A stretch of 64,000 bases of DNA, taken from Fistulifera solaris (lineage: Eukaryota). Location: assembly GCA_030295235.1 (NCBI GenBank), contig AP026150.1, forward strand, positions 186,001 through 250,000. The letters are read 5' to 3'. Positions 14,691 through 27,313 of the stretch are shown piece by piece. Position 1 is the stretch's first letter. The number at the start of each line of letters is the position of its first letter. Below the pieces are notes generated by a model, which saw only the letters and a list, made by a program, of their open reading frames with translations, was not told the origin of the DNA and searched no databases. A program made the translations under genes and the position numbers.

Positions 14691-17600
14691 TTAATCGGAA
14701 TGGTAACCACTCACGTGTGTTCGGGTACCGGTACTCCATGTAGGCACCGTATTCCTCGTGTACGGTGAATACGAATAGCTACGCTGATTCAATGGCCCAT
14801 CATTGTCGGGTAAATGTAACGGAGCGGGAGGTATACCTTCCTCTTCTTCGTCATCGTCATCATCATCATCAGCGTCCGAACACGGAGCCACGGGCATGGA
14901 TTTCGAACGAGAAGCAACATTGCGACGTTTCTGAACCATACCCGCAATAATACTGCGACTGTTCAAAACGCCTTCATTCACCACATCGAGACGCTTAAAG
15001 GCGGCAAACGTGTGCAAAATTTCTTCCTCATTCACTTTCCCCATCCGCACCAGCATCGCCAAGGAGAACATTTCGCGCGTACACTCGTCCAAGGGAGTGT
15101 TGCCCGCCAGTCGTAACCGTTGAATCACCGGACCAGTGGCCAGCTCCCGCAAAGCCGCATCGTCCAATTGGTCACCAAATTGCATGAGGACCGCGCGTTC
15201 CAATCGTCGCTTCCGCAGTTCCAATGGAATTAAACTGATTGCGGACATGTTGTTCAATAGAATGGTACCCGCTACAAGAATGTCTACAGAACAATGAATC
15301 AAAATGTGTAAGTAGGGTTTCAAAGTGAACGGATCCCAAGGCGTCACAGATGTTGTTGCACTTACACACAGTAGCAAATAATTTGCCACCTTTGGTGATG
15401 GGCACAATGTCACCATAACCAACCCTGGAAGGAAATAGGGGTGAGTGTCGTGTTATCAATGGTAGCTTCTACAGTTTGAAGAACAAACGTACGTTGTTAA
15501 AAATACAGTGGTGAAATACCAACTGTCGATCATGGACCATTTCTCGATAAAGTAAAAACCTAGCGAGCCTGCGGCAATAATAGTCATGGAATTCACCAAC
15601 GCTTGTCGCAAGGTTAAGAAAACATACTTGGCCGTTTTCAGTTTTGTAAGATTTTCGTCAAACACCTCCTCCAAAGATGAATCCGATGATGTCGACGCGT
15701 CATCCAAACCTTCGTCGTCGCTTTCGCTTCCAGAATAGTGTGCGTCCGATGTGGCATACTCGGATTCAACGCTTCCATAACGAGAGCTGGACCGGTTAAA
15801 GGATCTCAAGGGAACACTTTCTGAATTAGGAGTTTTCGATGATTCGTCGCCTTTTCGACGAGATCGACTGTTCGACTGCGCGGATCCCAATCTGTCCTCG
15901 TTCAAGTCAAACGAATAGTGTCGCGTGTGTTTCTGACGTCCCAAAATTTGTCGTGTCACTGGCGAACCAAGTAACTCGTCTCGACTGTTTTGTGTTTGAA
16001 TCTGCGCGAACGGTGGCGAAGGCTGGTCCACGTTTGGTAGATTGTCAGGACAGGTCACACCGAATGATTTGCGGCCTTCGCCTTTCGAGACAGGTGATGG
16101 CGTATGACACTCCGCGCCAGCGTTGGATAACGCGGGGCTGCCAGTTGAATGAGAAGGACTGGATCTTTTCGTTGCTTCACGAGAGTACTGCCCATGTCGA
16201 GGTGGTTGATTTTCACGTCGCACCATCTGAACAGCCGGCTGGTTGTGCTTATGACCATCGGTAGAAGCTCGCTCTGTCTGGTAATGATGGTGGCCATGCA
16301 TATTTGTGTGTTGCAGTCCAAATGATTGGTTTACGACATCTTTTATGGTCCGAAGCCTGGCGCAATTTGGACAGGAGTCGGCTAGCTTGGATTTTCTATC
16401 GATCCTCGCCCGTTCGTCTAGAATGCCAGCAATGTACGATCCGAGCAACAATCCGATGCACGAGACCCCAAAGAAGATGAAAATTGAACAAATAATTTTG
16501 TTGGCGTCACTGGTAGGAACGTTGTCACCAAGACCTAAAAAACGCGTTAGAAAGTCAAAATACAAGTCATCGTTCGTTCAAGCCTCCCAAAACTCACCTG
16601 CCGTTGTCAGTGTTACCACGGCAAAGTAGATACAATCGAGCGGATCCCAACCTTCCTCCAGTCCAAAAATAAAAAGCGACGCAATCACATAGATGGTGAA
16701 ATACGCAGCGAGGTAACTGGCGGGTCCACGCATCATTTCGGGAGCATCGGCTACGGAAAAGAACTCGCGTTGTCGGGTCCCACACCGCGGGCACACAAAC
16801 GTAGGGACTTTGTCGGGATCGTGCTCGGCGGATAGAAACGGAGGACGGAAACTCGCGCGGGGTGTTTTCGGTACCGCCTTCCCGAAATTGGCAAATGGGG
16901 ATGTTTCATTGAAATGCTGTACGACACGTTGGAAACCACTCTTTCCTTCAGCATTGGGGTTTTCCACCCGATCCCACTGTCGATTATCAAGTTGGTTGAA
17001 ACGGTTGGGTCTAGCCGTGGAGACAAAATTACTGTTTGCCATTGGTTTCGGATGATCTCGTCTCATTCCGTGTACTAGCTTTTGCGTACGAGCGTGATTG
17101 CTACTGGTCAAATCTCGATCCTTGTCGGTAAGAATGACAGGATCCACCGAACTATTCGATACATCCAAAGTCGCCATTTGCATCAACCAGGCCTTTTTGG
17201 AGTCATTCCGCTTGGGTGGCGGTGGCTGCGCAGGACTTTCGTCGCTACGGGTAGGAACAAAAGGACCAACTTTTCGTTGATGATAACCCTCTTTGGAACG
17301 TTCTTTCCGAAATGGCGCTTCCGGAGGTTGCCGTACATTGCGCTGTAAGCGCCTACCCAATAATCCCTTTTCTTCGTCGTCATCCTCATCATCAACAACA
17401 TCCGGCATGGGGATACGATCTTGTTCCATCCCTTTCCAATCGACAATCCCGTGTCGAACCAATTTGGCGGCAGCGCCATCTCCACTCCGGGTCCGTCGAT
17501 GAATGGGTCTAGCTATGCCCCGCACCCGGGGTGGTCGTTGGATAGTCTTTTCATCATCGGCCGAATTGTGTGCATCAGACGAATCTTTGCGTCGCTTATT

Positions 17601-18446
17601 GGGACGTGGATTATTGCAACTCGTATTCAACAGTGGAACGGACGATGATGATTCGTGGGGTTCATCGGAATCGGAAAATGTCATATTGAGTGAATCATTG
17701 CCCGAAGTAGGACCCTGTAGTTGCCTTATTTGTGGGACACTGGTTGTTCGATGATGATGATGATGATGATGACGACTCTTGGGACTGTACGAAGACTGCA
17801 AAAATCGAAAAATGGAATCCGTATCTTGAAGAAACAGTCGGCGGTCCTCTTCCGTCAAGGAGGAATCCGATCGTTTCAATGGAGTATCCCCCGCCGACGA
17901 CGAATGGGATCCTCCTTTACTCTGTGATTGACGCAAATCTTCATCAGAATCACCCGAATCATGAGCATGAGGTGATACAGAGGGATAAGCCTCCGAATCG
18001 CGTGCTAAATGCCGACCATCGTACCGTGACAATCGATCGATGCGATTTCGTCGGACGGGAACGGGCCATTGCAACAATACTTTGCGTTTTGCCATGGCGG
18101 GACTATCCCAACTGCTGATACTCGTATTTCCGGGACTGGTGGGATACAACGGGAGTGGATGAGCCAAATGTTCGTCATCGTCCGACAGAAATCGGGGTCG
18201 CGGAGGTCGCGTTATTCGTATTCGATCCGAATCATCGGCATCTTCCGAAGCGGATGGTTCACTCATAAAGTGTTGATTGTTATCACCTTTTCCTAATTGC
18301 AGGACGGGGACGGGAAAGCCGTTCGTAGTAGCTTCACCATCGTCGCTCAATCGAAAATCTTCGTCGTCTTGGTCGTTTTGTTGTTGCTTGGCGGAGAGGC
18401 TGCCTTTCTTGTTGCTTGATAATTGTTGCTGCTGTTGTGCACTCAT
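14691..18446 (-). CDS. Two-pore (4TM/2P, TPK/K2P-like) potassium channel with long disordered N-terminus and EF-hand-like C-terminus
   Basis: Splicing introns 16535-16597, 15425-15492 and 15284-15365 gives pore 1 DCIYFAVVTLTTAGLGD and pore 2 DSWYFTTVFLTTVGYGD; FAAFKRLDVVNEGVL is EF-hand-like. The 3' end is uncertain. Confidence 0.9.
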
Positions 18447-19005
18447 TCTCTGCTACGACTATTTGATTTTATGTTAGTTACGCTTTTATATGGGGACCGT
18501 GGAACGAAGTTGAGGCGTATAAGAACATCATGATCTCCTAGACCTGCAGAATAACTCTATAATATTATTTCATGGTCACACGAAAGGCGCAACAAAACGG
18601 AGGCAACGAATAAAAATTCATGATACCAGGTAATATACGAGTGGTGGGTAATCGATCGGACAATGATGGTCCTATCTTCAGTTTTTGTGTCACGAGTTTT
18701 ATTTAACCGGAAGGAACTTTTTGGATACCGGATCCCTCTCGCGGTATCGCAAAACCAGGGACACGAACTCTCGTGACTTACCATTCACGACGAACGAAGC
18801 AGAAGATCCTTACCAGGTACTTATTTTTCGAGAATTTCTCGCGCATTGCGTTTGTATCATTTTCTCGTTGGATGTCATCTTTCTCGTCGTCGGTGCTGAC
18901 AACATATACATATACTGCAACACATTCTTATTTGAATATATATTTTTCGATTTTAGTCTCGTGGTAGCTCGGTACGGCTGAGTCAAGGAAAAAAGAAGCA
19001 GAAGA

Positions 19006-20462
19006 ATGAGAGCGAATCATCATTTTGTTGCCTGGGCGACTCTTCTCATTCTTATTATTAGCACAGTTCTCCGCCACAGGAACGTACATGCCTTTGTTCC
19101 TTCTCTCCCTTCCTGTTCCTTTTCACCACTCCATGTCAGTAGGAGTAGTAGTAGTAGTAATAGTGGTAGACGCAATCATGACGATGAGGACGAAGAACAA
19201 CGATATCAAGCCGCCCTCGCCCACAACAAAATACGCACCGACGTGAAAAACTTTTTGACGCAACGGGCGATTCAATCCTTTATTTTTCTTTTGGTACAGT
19301 GTCGTGATCCTCATACAGTACGATGGATGGAAGTAAGTTTTTCCTTTGGGGGAGGTTGTATGGGCAATATTCCTCTATATTAGTCTCGCTCACTCCTTGT
19401 TTGGCAGAATACGTACGAATTCCGAAATATGGAAAGTTATCACGGAACTGGAGCTTTTAATTTAACAAAATGGAAAACATGGGATAGTATTTTTGGATGA
19501 TATGTTACATCAACCGAAGGATTGCGTCATTGTGCAAGCCAAACGCCGAGGAAAAGGACACGGTGGATGGTCCGCCAACAATCCCTATTTGGAAGAGGTA
19601 AGATAGGTGGTGGTGCTTCTTGTTTGTCGTTAAATAAAACTCAAACTATGTTTTGCCGGAACAGCGCTTTGTCGAATTTCGCATCGATATTGATCCTGTG
19701 TCTTTGGCGTCGCGGATCCTTTCAGTACGAGAACAAATTGCCCGCGAATGGATGGAAGATTTGGTCACCTTGCGGACCGCCAACGATCAGATTTTGGATT
19801 CCTATTACGACATGGGTCGCGCCGCACGGGAGGATGAATCGTCATCATCTTCTTCGAAGGATTCGGAAGAAAACGTGGAGCAACTGGTTACTCCTTATTC
19901 GGGTATCGACGAGAAGCAACGTCGTGTCTTTGATCGCAATGCTATGCTCATGCTCACCAGCACCATGATATTCAAAGCCTTTGCTTCATCACCGCAACGA
20001 CAAGGTAATTTTGATCTATTGTATTTACTATTGACGCAAGAAAGCTTGCATCGAGTCCTGCGAGAGTATCGTGAATCGGGGGATGAACGGGAAGTGTCGT
20101 ACGAATGGTTGAAGGGATTTTACCTCGCTCGAGTGGGTTCGTTCTTCGATGGTCATCAAGACTACGGAAGGGCGGACGACTTTCTGGAGGAGCTTCTTTT
20201 GGCACCACCGTCCACCAAAGAATTGTCTTCATCTCGGATCGGTTTGATTGATCCACTGCGTATTGCCGAAGATATTATCACCATGCGTTCCGTGGTGGCG
20301 GAGGAATGGAAAACCGAAATTGCCAGTGTCCCCGAGGATCACATGGGTTTACGAAAAAAGCTTTTGTCGAAGCAAATGGGATCCTACGACCCGTTGGTGG
20401 AACAGGAATCATCTACACCCAGATCATCTTTGGAGGACGAAAATGATGGTGTTTTCCAGTAG
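19006..20462 (+). CDS. Plastid-targeted protein with two tandem RbcX-like domains (putative)
   Basis: Exons 19006-19332, 19408-19597 and 19665-20462 (GT-AG introns); one extra T at 19490-19494; signal peptide ending VHA-FVP plus Ser-rich transit region; internal repeat LTQ...W...(D)PxxxAxxIxxxRxxxAxEW. Confidence 0.7.
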
Positions 20463-21006
20463 TCGAAAGTTCATCCAGAAATGAGATCATACTTCCTTTA
20501 GCTATCAACCAAGTCATTATTTGCTATGTTGACTTGTTCTCATGTACTGCTTTGTATTTTGTAAATAGCACTCGTTGCTGGCAAGGGCGGGAAGTACTAG
20601 ACATCCAGATCTTTGTACAGGTACTTTTCGATTGGTTCGGCCGGTTCGGTGCTGTGGTGGTGGTATTCACCCTAGCCCGTTCGTACGTCGATCGTATCCA
20701 AGTGGAACTTGAAGCGACTCCTCTGCCACGTCATCGTTGAATGTCTCACCACGATTGACGCTCCGCCGCAGAATGAATATAATTAACCACGCAGCACGAC
20801 GAAAAAAAGTCGCATCGTTCGTCGCCATAGCGATCGAAGGAAATAAATTAAGAAAGAGATCTGTGATCGGCGGAAACTACTTGCTTTGAATTCATTTCAC
20901 TCGTTTATTTCTTCTGCGTGAGATCGTCTCAAGTATTCCAGCGAAAGATACAGCAGACGAAAGTAGTTTGCCTTAAATCAGCACAGAAGTGAAGACGAAT
21001 CGCATT

Positions 21007-24000
21007 ATGAGGTTGTCTTGCTCTGTTCTCAACGTGGTGATTGCGGCGACTTGTCTCGTCTCCGTGGTCGATTCTTTTACCCCATCGCTTACCCGAATAG
21101 TGAGCACAGATGTAAGACAATCCAAAGTTGTATTACATGAGGGATCGGATTCTGGTTTTTCCTTGGGGAATTTGTTTGGGTCCGCCAGCGCTACGGCACC
21201 CTCGTTGCGCGGAAGCAAAACATTAGAGAGCCACCCTTCCGTACGCCCTCATATTTCTCCTCTCAACTTGTTATTACCCGAGGAGCGAAAGAGACGAGAA
21301 TCATTACCCTCTGATGCCAACAATATGCCATTGCCGTTTCATCCGGATGTCAAAAGTGGTGTTTTGTCGAATGGATTGCCCTATGTGATCTTGCCCAATC
21401 GTTCACCGCCCGGTCGTTTTGAAGCCCATTTGCAAGTCTTTTCGGGATCCGCCGACGAATTAGAACCACAACAGGGCATTGCGCACTTGACCGAGCATGT
21501 GGCTTACATGGGAAGCCGTAAGCGGGAACGTTTGTTTGGAACGGGTTCCCAAACGAACGCGTACACTGACTTTCATCACACGGTCTTTTATGCGGCCTGT
21601 CCGGTGCAAACTCCTCGTGGTGGTGTACCGATGCTTCCTATGGCACTGGACGCGCTGGTAGATGTCATGGAAGCTCGGGTCGAGCCAGGACGTTTGGAAA
21701 AGGAGCGTGCGGCAGTTTTGTCCGAAATGACCATGGTCAACACCATTGAATATCGTGTCGAATGCCAGATTCTTTCCACACTCCACCGTGAGAATCGTTT
21801 GGCGAAACGCTTCCCGATTGGGAAAGAAATCCTCATTCGAAATTGGAAGCCCAACGATGTCCGTACGTGGCATCGTACGCATTATCGTCCCGACAATGTT
21901 TTGTTGTATCTGGTGGGAGATGTGGACCCCAAGGAAGCGGAGAAAGTGATTGCGGAGAAATTTGGACACATTTCGGCCGATCAGCAAGCGGCCGATATCA
22001 AACCGTTTGAATTGAAACAGGCAGCGAGTGACTTGGCGGATGCTGTGGTGGCTGGGACGGTCAAGTCGCAACAATCGTGGCACTACCCCCCGGTTCGTCA
22101 TGATTGGTCTATCTTGGCGGATCACAAAGTGGATGATATGCCAGTCAAGCCTCTTGATTATGATATTCATTTACAGGACCCCTATCCGTTGGATGACAAG
22201 GTTGATCTTTTGGAGACGTGCGAAGTGGCGCCCGGTAAAGAAATCCGTCCCCACATTTTCCGTCACGAGCTGCTGCAAGCCTTTTCGCTTCATTTGTTCG
22301 CCAAGCGACCAGTGGAGCCTATCGTTGACTTGAAATCCTTTCAACGTAGTTTAGCGCGTCGTGTAGCTCTCGCCGCCCTGCAAATCCGTCTGAACGTTGG
22401 TGGGCGAAGCGACGATCCGGCCTTTACATTTGTGGAGTTCAATCAACTCGATTCTGCCCGAGAAGGCTGTGCTGTATGCAGTCTTGATTTGACTGCTGAA
22501 CCTCATCGCTGGAGAGATGCTATATGCAAATCCGTTTCCGAAATCCGCAAACTTGGTCTTTACGGTGTGACTCCTGGTGAGATGGAGCGTTACGCGTCAT
22601 CGCTCATGACGGACGCGGAGCAGCTCGCTGCACAGGGGGATCGAATTAGCAATGGAGATCAGCTTTCATATCTCATGGAAACGGTCGCGAATGGCCACAC
22701 TTTTATGTCTCCCATGCAGTCGTACCAAATGACAGCACGTGCCCTATCCACTATGACAGTTGAGCAAGTGAATGCGGCAGCCGCTGAGCTTTGCTCGCAT
22801 ATCACCAGCATGCATAAAGATGCTGATCCCATGAAGGGTCCTGCGATTGTGATTGCATGTACCCCCAAAGGAATCCCGGAAGACGATCCTGCATACTGTG
22901 ATGAGAAGAGCTTGGTCGAGACAGTGTACGAAGCTTGCCAACTTGAAGTTGAACCGGAAGAAGATGTTGTTGTTCCGCACACCCTTATCCCTGAAGATGA
23001 ATTAGTTCAAGCTTTGCAAAACCATCCTCCTGAGTGGTCTGGTGGCAAGTTCACGGACGGAACACCCAGCACTGCTCCAGATACGCTGACCCGTCCATTC
23101 ACATTAAGACGTCTTAGCAATGGAATACGAGTCGGGGTCGCTCAAAACCAAGCCGAGTCACAGCGTGGACACTTGCGTCTTGTAGCTCCCGGAGGAAGGG
23201 ATGCGGAAAAGAGACTTGGTTTCAAGAGGGGGACAATGTCGGTAGGTGCCCGCACCATGCAAGAAGGTGGAGCATTCGGTCCATGGACGAGGCAACAGGT
23301 GGAGCTCTTTGCGTCGACCACCTGCTGATGGTTGAAATCAACTGCAATGAGGAATCTTTGACTTTTGATTTCGTTTTTCCGACCACGAATGTTGGGAACG
23401 TTGGCTTCGGTGACGAAGTGCAGCTTGGAATTACGGGGACGGAGTCGGTGATGCAGATTGTTCGTGAGATTATTGTTGGGTTCAAGTGGGAAGCAGATGC
23501 ACTGGGCCGCAGTAAACAAAGTTTTCGTAGTCAACATGAAAGCTTACAGAAGAATTTGGAAGGCCTTAGCACGGAGAAAGTTACGGAGGCTTTGACCGGT
23601 TTGGACGGTCGATTCTTGTCCATCGATGTTGATTCAGTGAATAGTATTTCTCTCGAAGAAGCTCAAGCCGCTGTCATGTCACAGCTGCAGCCTTCTAATC
23701 TTGAAATTTCCACTGCTGGAGATTTTGACGTGGCCGAGGTCCTGGAACTGATTTACAAATACATCGGAACAATCCCTGCAGACGCAAACGCCCAGTTTAT
23801 AAAGGATGTGCTGAATGAACCGAAGTGGACGGCCCGCGTTCCTCTTCCTGAAGTTCCCGGGAGACACATTGAATTAGAGCTCCCCGATTCTGATCCCCGT
23901 GCAGTCGCGTACGTTGCCGGAGCAGCACCTAATGCCTGGGGCTTTTTAGCGGATGGAACAACGGTGGCCGAGCGCGTCCTTGCAGCCGACAAGCGCGCTT

Positions 24001-24602
24001 CCGACTTTGACAAGCGCCGCCGCTCACACCCTCTCTTTGCAAGTGCCGCCTTGATGCTGGTTTCCGAAATAACCAATCGAAGACTTTTCTCAACCGTTCG
24101 CGAGAGAAAGCAGTTGACGTACGATGCGAACTTTTCCTTCTCGGGTTTTGAGCGCTTACTAGGAGGTTGGTTCCTCGTTACTGTGACTGCATCCAAAGAG
24201 AAAGCCCAGTTAGCATTAGAAGCCTGTAAAGAAACACTTCATGCTTTGCGTAAATCAAGTCCAATTACAATTGACAATGTGGAATCAGCCAAACGAGTTG
24301 TTTTGAATCGCCACGAAGCCGAGTTGAGAACTACGGCTTACTGGACCCAACTGATGTCGGGTATTCAACAAGAGTCCATCCCCTTGAAAGGTCCACTCTC
24401 CGTCACTGACTTTCACGCGGTCGTCGAGTCTCTGACAACTCGTGATCTTCAGTTGACCCTCGAATGCTTGTCATTAGACGAAGACAAATTGTACACTGCT
24501 ATTGGAAAAACGGTACTACCCGAAGGCTCGGAAGTACCCGAAGAGCAACTCTCGCGAGCTCCCGTGATCGGAATGCGACGCGGAGGTGCATTGACCGGAT
24601 AA
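21007..24602 (+). CDS. SPP: Plastid stromal processing peptidase (M16 metallopeptidase)
   Basis: Bipartite presequence (VDS-FTP), HLTEH inverted zinc motif, TNAYTDFHHTVF, NRRLFSTVRERKQLTYD; missing T at 23308-23310 joins the two ORFs (ELFCVDH). Confidence 0.92.
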
Positions 24603-24776
24603 ATCGAATCTAGCATGGATGTAGCTAACTTGAGAAACTAGTAGACTGAGTATTTTTTGAGAGTGCATCGCTAATCACTAATTACTCATGCTCGTGGAGC
24701 AATAAGGTTCACGATACGATGTCGCCAAGCAACTACTTTGCGCAGACTGTTTATCCTTATCTTACTCAATCAACCT

Positions 24777-25452
24777 TTAAATGAATATGAGAGCACCACT
24801 GATGGCCGCCGAGGCTCCAAACAGATAGTACGAAGACTGTTGCACGGCTTGATTTTCCAACATTTCTGGTTTCGCGTCCCACATGAAATGACGAATCGCC
24901 GCAAAGTAATGATACACAATGGGAAAACTCACGGCAAACTTGGCCGCCGCCGCCACGACCAAGCCTTGACTACCGATGGTTTGCATCAACGACAAGGACG
25001 TTCCGGTGCCTCCCACCAATTCCACCAATCCCAATCCAGCGCATCCCACCGACAAGGCACAACCCGTCACTCGATTGGTGATGGATGATAAAGCTACAGT
25101 GGGAAAGGCGTAGACCGTGACATGGGGACTCACGGGCCGTCCCATTTCTTTCATGCGTTTCGAGTAGTTCTAAAATAGAATATAGTAATAAAAATGGTAT
25201 CATGGAAGAGAAGTCATTGAGTGAGTCACATAGACAAGAAACGATGCCATCACGGACAGTCCTTTGATTCGACACGTCAAAAGCTATCGACTTCCTCGTC
25301 ATAGCATCATGTTTACGTACCAGCTGTTTATACTCTTCACCGCTCTGTTTGGAGAGAATTGTCATGGAGCGCATCATTTGGGATCGCAATACATTGTTTT
25401 GGGTAAATTTTTGAAGCATCTTAGACGACGAGGTGGCATTCAATGCGTTCAT
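24777..25452 (-). CDS. SDH3: Succinate dehydrogenase cytochrome b560 subunit
   Basis: RPVSPHVTVY, SSITNRVTG, YHYFAAIRHFMWD; mitochondrial-type presequence; intron 25170-25320. Confidence 0.93.
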
Positions 25453-26019
25453 GATGATTGATTCTTGATAATGGATACAAAAAAGCAGTCAAATAATCAA
25501 TCCGTTCCTGTTGTTGTTGTTGCGGCGTTGCCAAAAAGTATTCTTCGCATTTCGCATCATGGCGTTTGTGTCGGCGAAAGAAGAAGAAGGTTCGGGTCAT
25601 AACAATAAGATCCAGTTCAGAATGAAGCGGTGGACGGACAGACGCATAGTACGAGAAATGCACGTAACTCCATGCACCGCATCACCTACTGCATGTTGCA
25701 CAGTCACGTCAGCATGACGTCGTGCTGGTCCGTCACGGTGCGGTCTTTTGCGGCGGCAACGCGAACGCAGCAATAGAGGTAACGCAACAACCTTTTGCAA
25801 TAAAATAACATCTTGTTTGTTATTGGAAAGGTAAGAGGGCTCTTTTTGTGAGTGTACAAATTTCAATATTCTTGTAAATTGACGGACGATTGGGAATAAA
25901 AGCAGTGCATTGAACTTGCTTAAGCCGAGTGGAGGATTGTGGGCGTCGTGGGGAGAGGTAGTGCAAAATGCGAAGGGATCGGAATATCTCACACTAATCC
26001 TTCCTTTCTCAGTTCTACC

Positions 26020-26250
26020 ATGACATTGGTCAACAAAAATCCCTTCCTGTTTGGACCGGGTCCGGTCAAGAGAATCCCTTCGGGTGCCTTTACGCAGTAC
26101 GGCCGTATGCCTCCCTTGCAGGGATTCAGCTTGGCGGCCGCGCAAGGTGTTGCCTTGGCCTTGACGGTCAGTTTTGCGTACAAAACCTTCTTCGGCGATC
26201 CGCAAGTGAAACAAATCGAAAATTATTACAGAGAAAATCCTCCGCGTTAA
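26020..26250 (+). CDS. 76-aa single-TM protein, COX6C/Cox9-like cytochrome c oxidase subunit
   Basis: GVALALTVSFAYKTFFGDPQVKQIENYYRE resembles the COX6C pattern (TM helix, aromatic-K, basic stretch, aromatic pair). A candidate upstream intron runs from GTAAG at 25831 to AG at 26012. Confidence 0.6.
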   Translation: MTLVNKNPFLFGPGPVKRIPSGAFTQYGRMPPLQGFSLAAAQGVALALTVSFAYKTFFGDPQVKQIENYYRENPPR

Positions 26251-26620
26251 ACATCGTGATGAGACGAAGAGTAGATCTAACTCATATTGTAGCGGAGCAA
26301 AAATTGACGAGAGTCGTCTTTTTAAGTTCAGATAGCTTGACTAGCTTCTCGCCTCGCAAATAGATGCTTACAAAGTACTGGTTTGTAGTTTTTTCCTTGA
26401 TAGCTTTAAAAACGTAATGCGCTCCCCGACTAGTAAACGCTCATTATGCACCTCTCGTCGCTCCGCGTCTCACCGCTACAGTTCGATAACCTCATCTGCT
26501 TTCGATGAAGACGCGTTTGTATTTTTTATTGGTGGTCTTCGACTCTACAAACCTTGCTTTATTCAACACTTCAACAACTTATAGCCCATACTATAAGCAC
26601 GTAATTAGCATAACAGAGAA

Positions 26621-27202
26621 ATGTCAAAATCACCACCAAAATTGGTGGGTTTGGGGATCATCGGGAAAAACAATGCTCCTCTTTACATGTGCGATTGTGT
26701 TGCCCTCGTAGACCCTTCCGCGTCCTCCCAACAAGATGGTGATTTCTACGGATTTTCCCAAACTTCATCGGCGGCGCAAAATCAAAGCCTGTCGGTACAA
26801 AATCAATTATTGATGCACGCTGCCTTGGATCAAGTGGATGATTTTATTGAAACCGTTCACGGGGAAGTGCGCAGTCCTTTTTCGGGCATGCCCGTGCGAA
26901 AAAAGCCCAACCCTGCACTGGGTCCACATTATTTAGGTATTTTACTCGATTTGGGAGAATTTCAGGTACATGGTTATATTACGGCTACAAATATAAAAAT
27001 GATGGCCTTGACCAAAGGTGCGAAACAAGGCGATGCCGTGCGTTCGTTACTAGAAACCATTCATTCCATGTGGATTGCGTACACGATGAATCCTTTTCAC
27101 ACCGTACGTGAGTTGGTGACGATCGAATCAACGACATTTGATCAGAAGATTCAGCGGGCGGTTCGAACGTATGCGGGTGTATCAACAACGATTGCCGAGT
27201 AA
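26621..27202 (+). CDS. TRAPPC2L: TRAPP complex subunit 2-like (sedlin/longin fold)
   Basis: LGIIGKNNAPLY, MHAALDQVDD, YLGILL, VHGYITATNIKM, YTMNPF. Confidence 0.85.
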   Translation: MSKSPPKLVGLGIIGKNNAPLYMCDCVALVDPSASSQQDGDFYGFSQTSSAAQNQSLSVQNQLLMHAALDQVDDFIETVHGEVRSPFSGMPVRKKPNPALGPHYLGILLDLGEFQVHGYITATNIKMMALTKGAKQGDAVRSLLETIHSMWIAYTMNPFHTVRELVTIESTTFDQKIQRAVRTYAGVSTTIAE

Positions 27203-27313
27203 TAGAATAATCACCCCAAGTCTCTCGAGTCAAAATCCTTTTTGATTTCGTCTTCGAATTCACGTTTTCTAGCTCGTTATGTGTAGAATGCTGCCTTAGT
27301 GCTTCGCGTTTTA

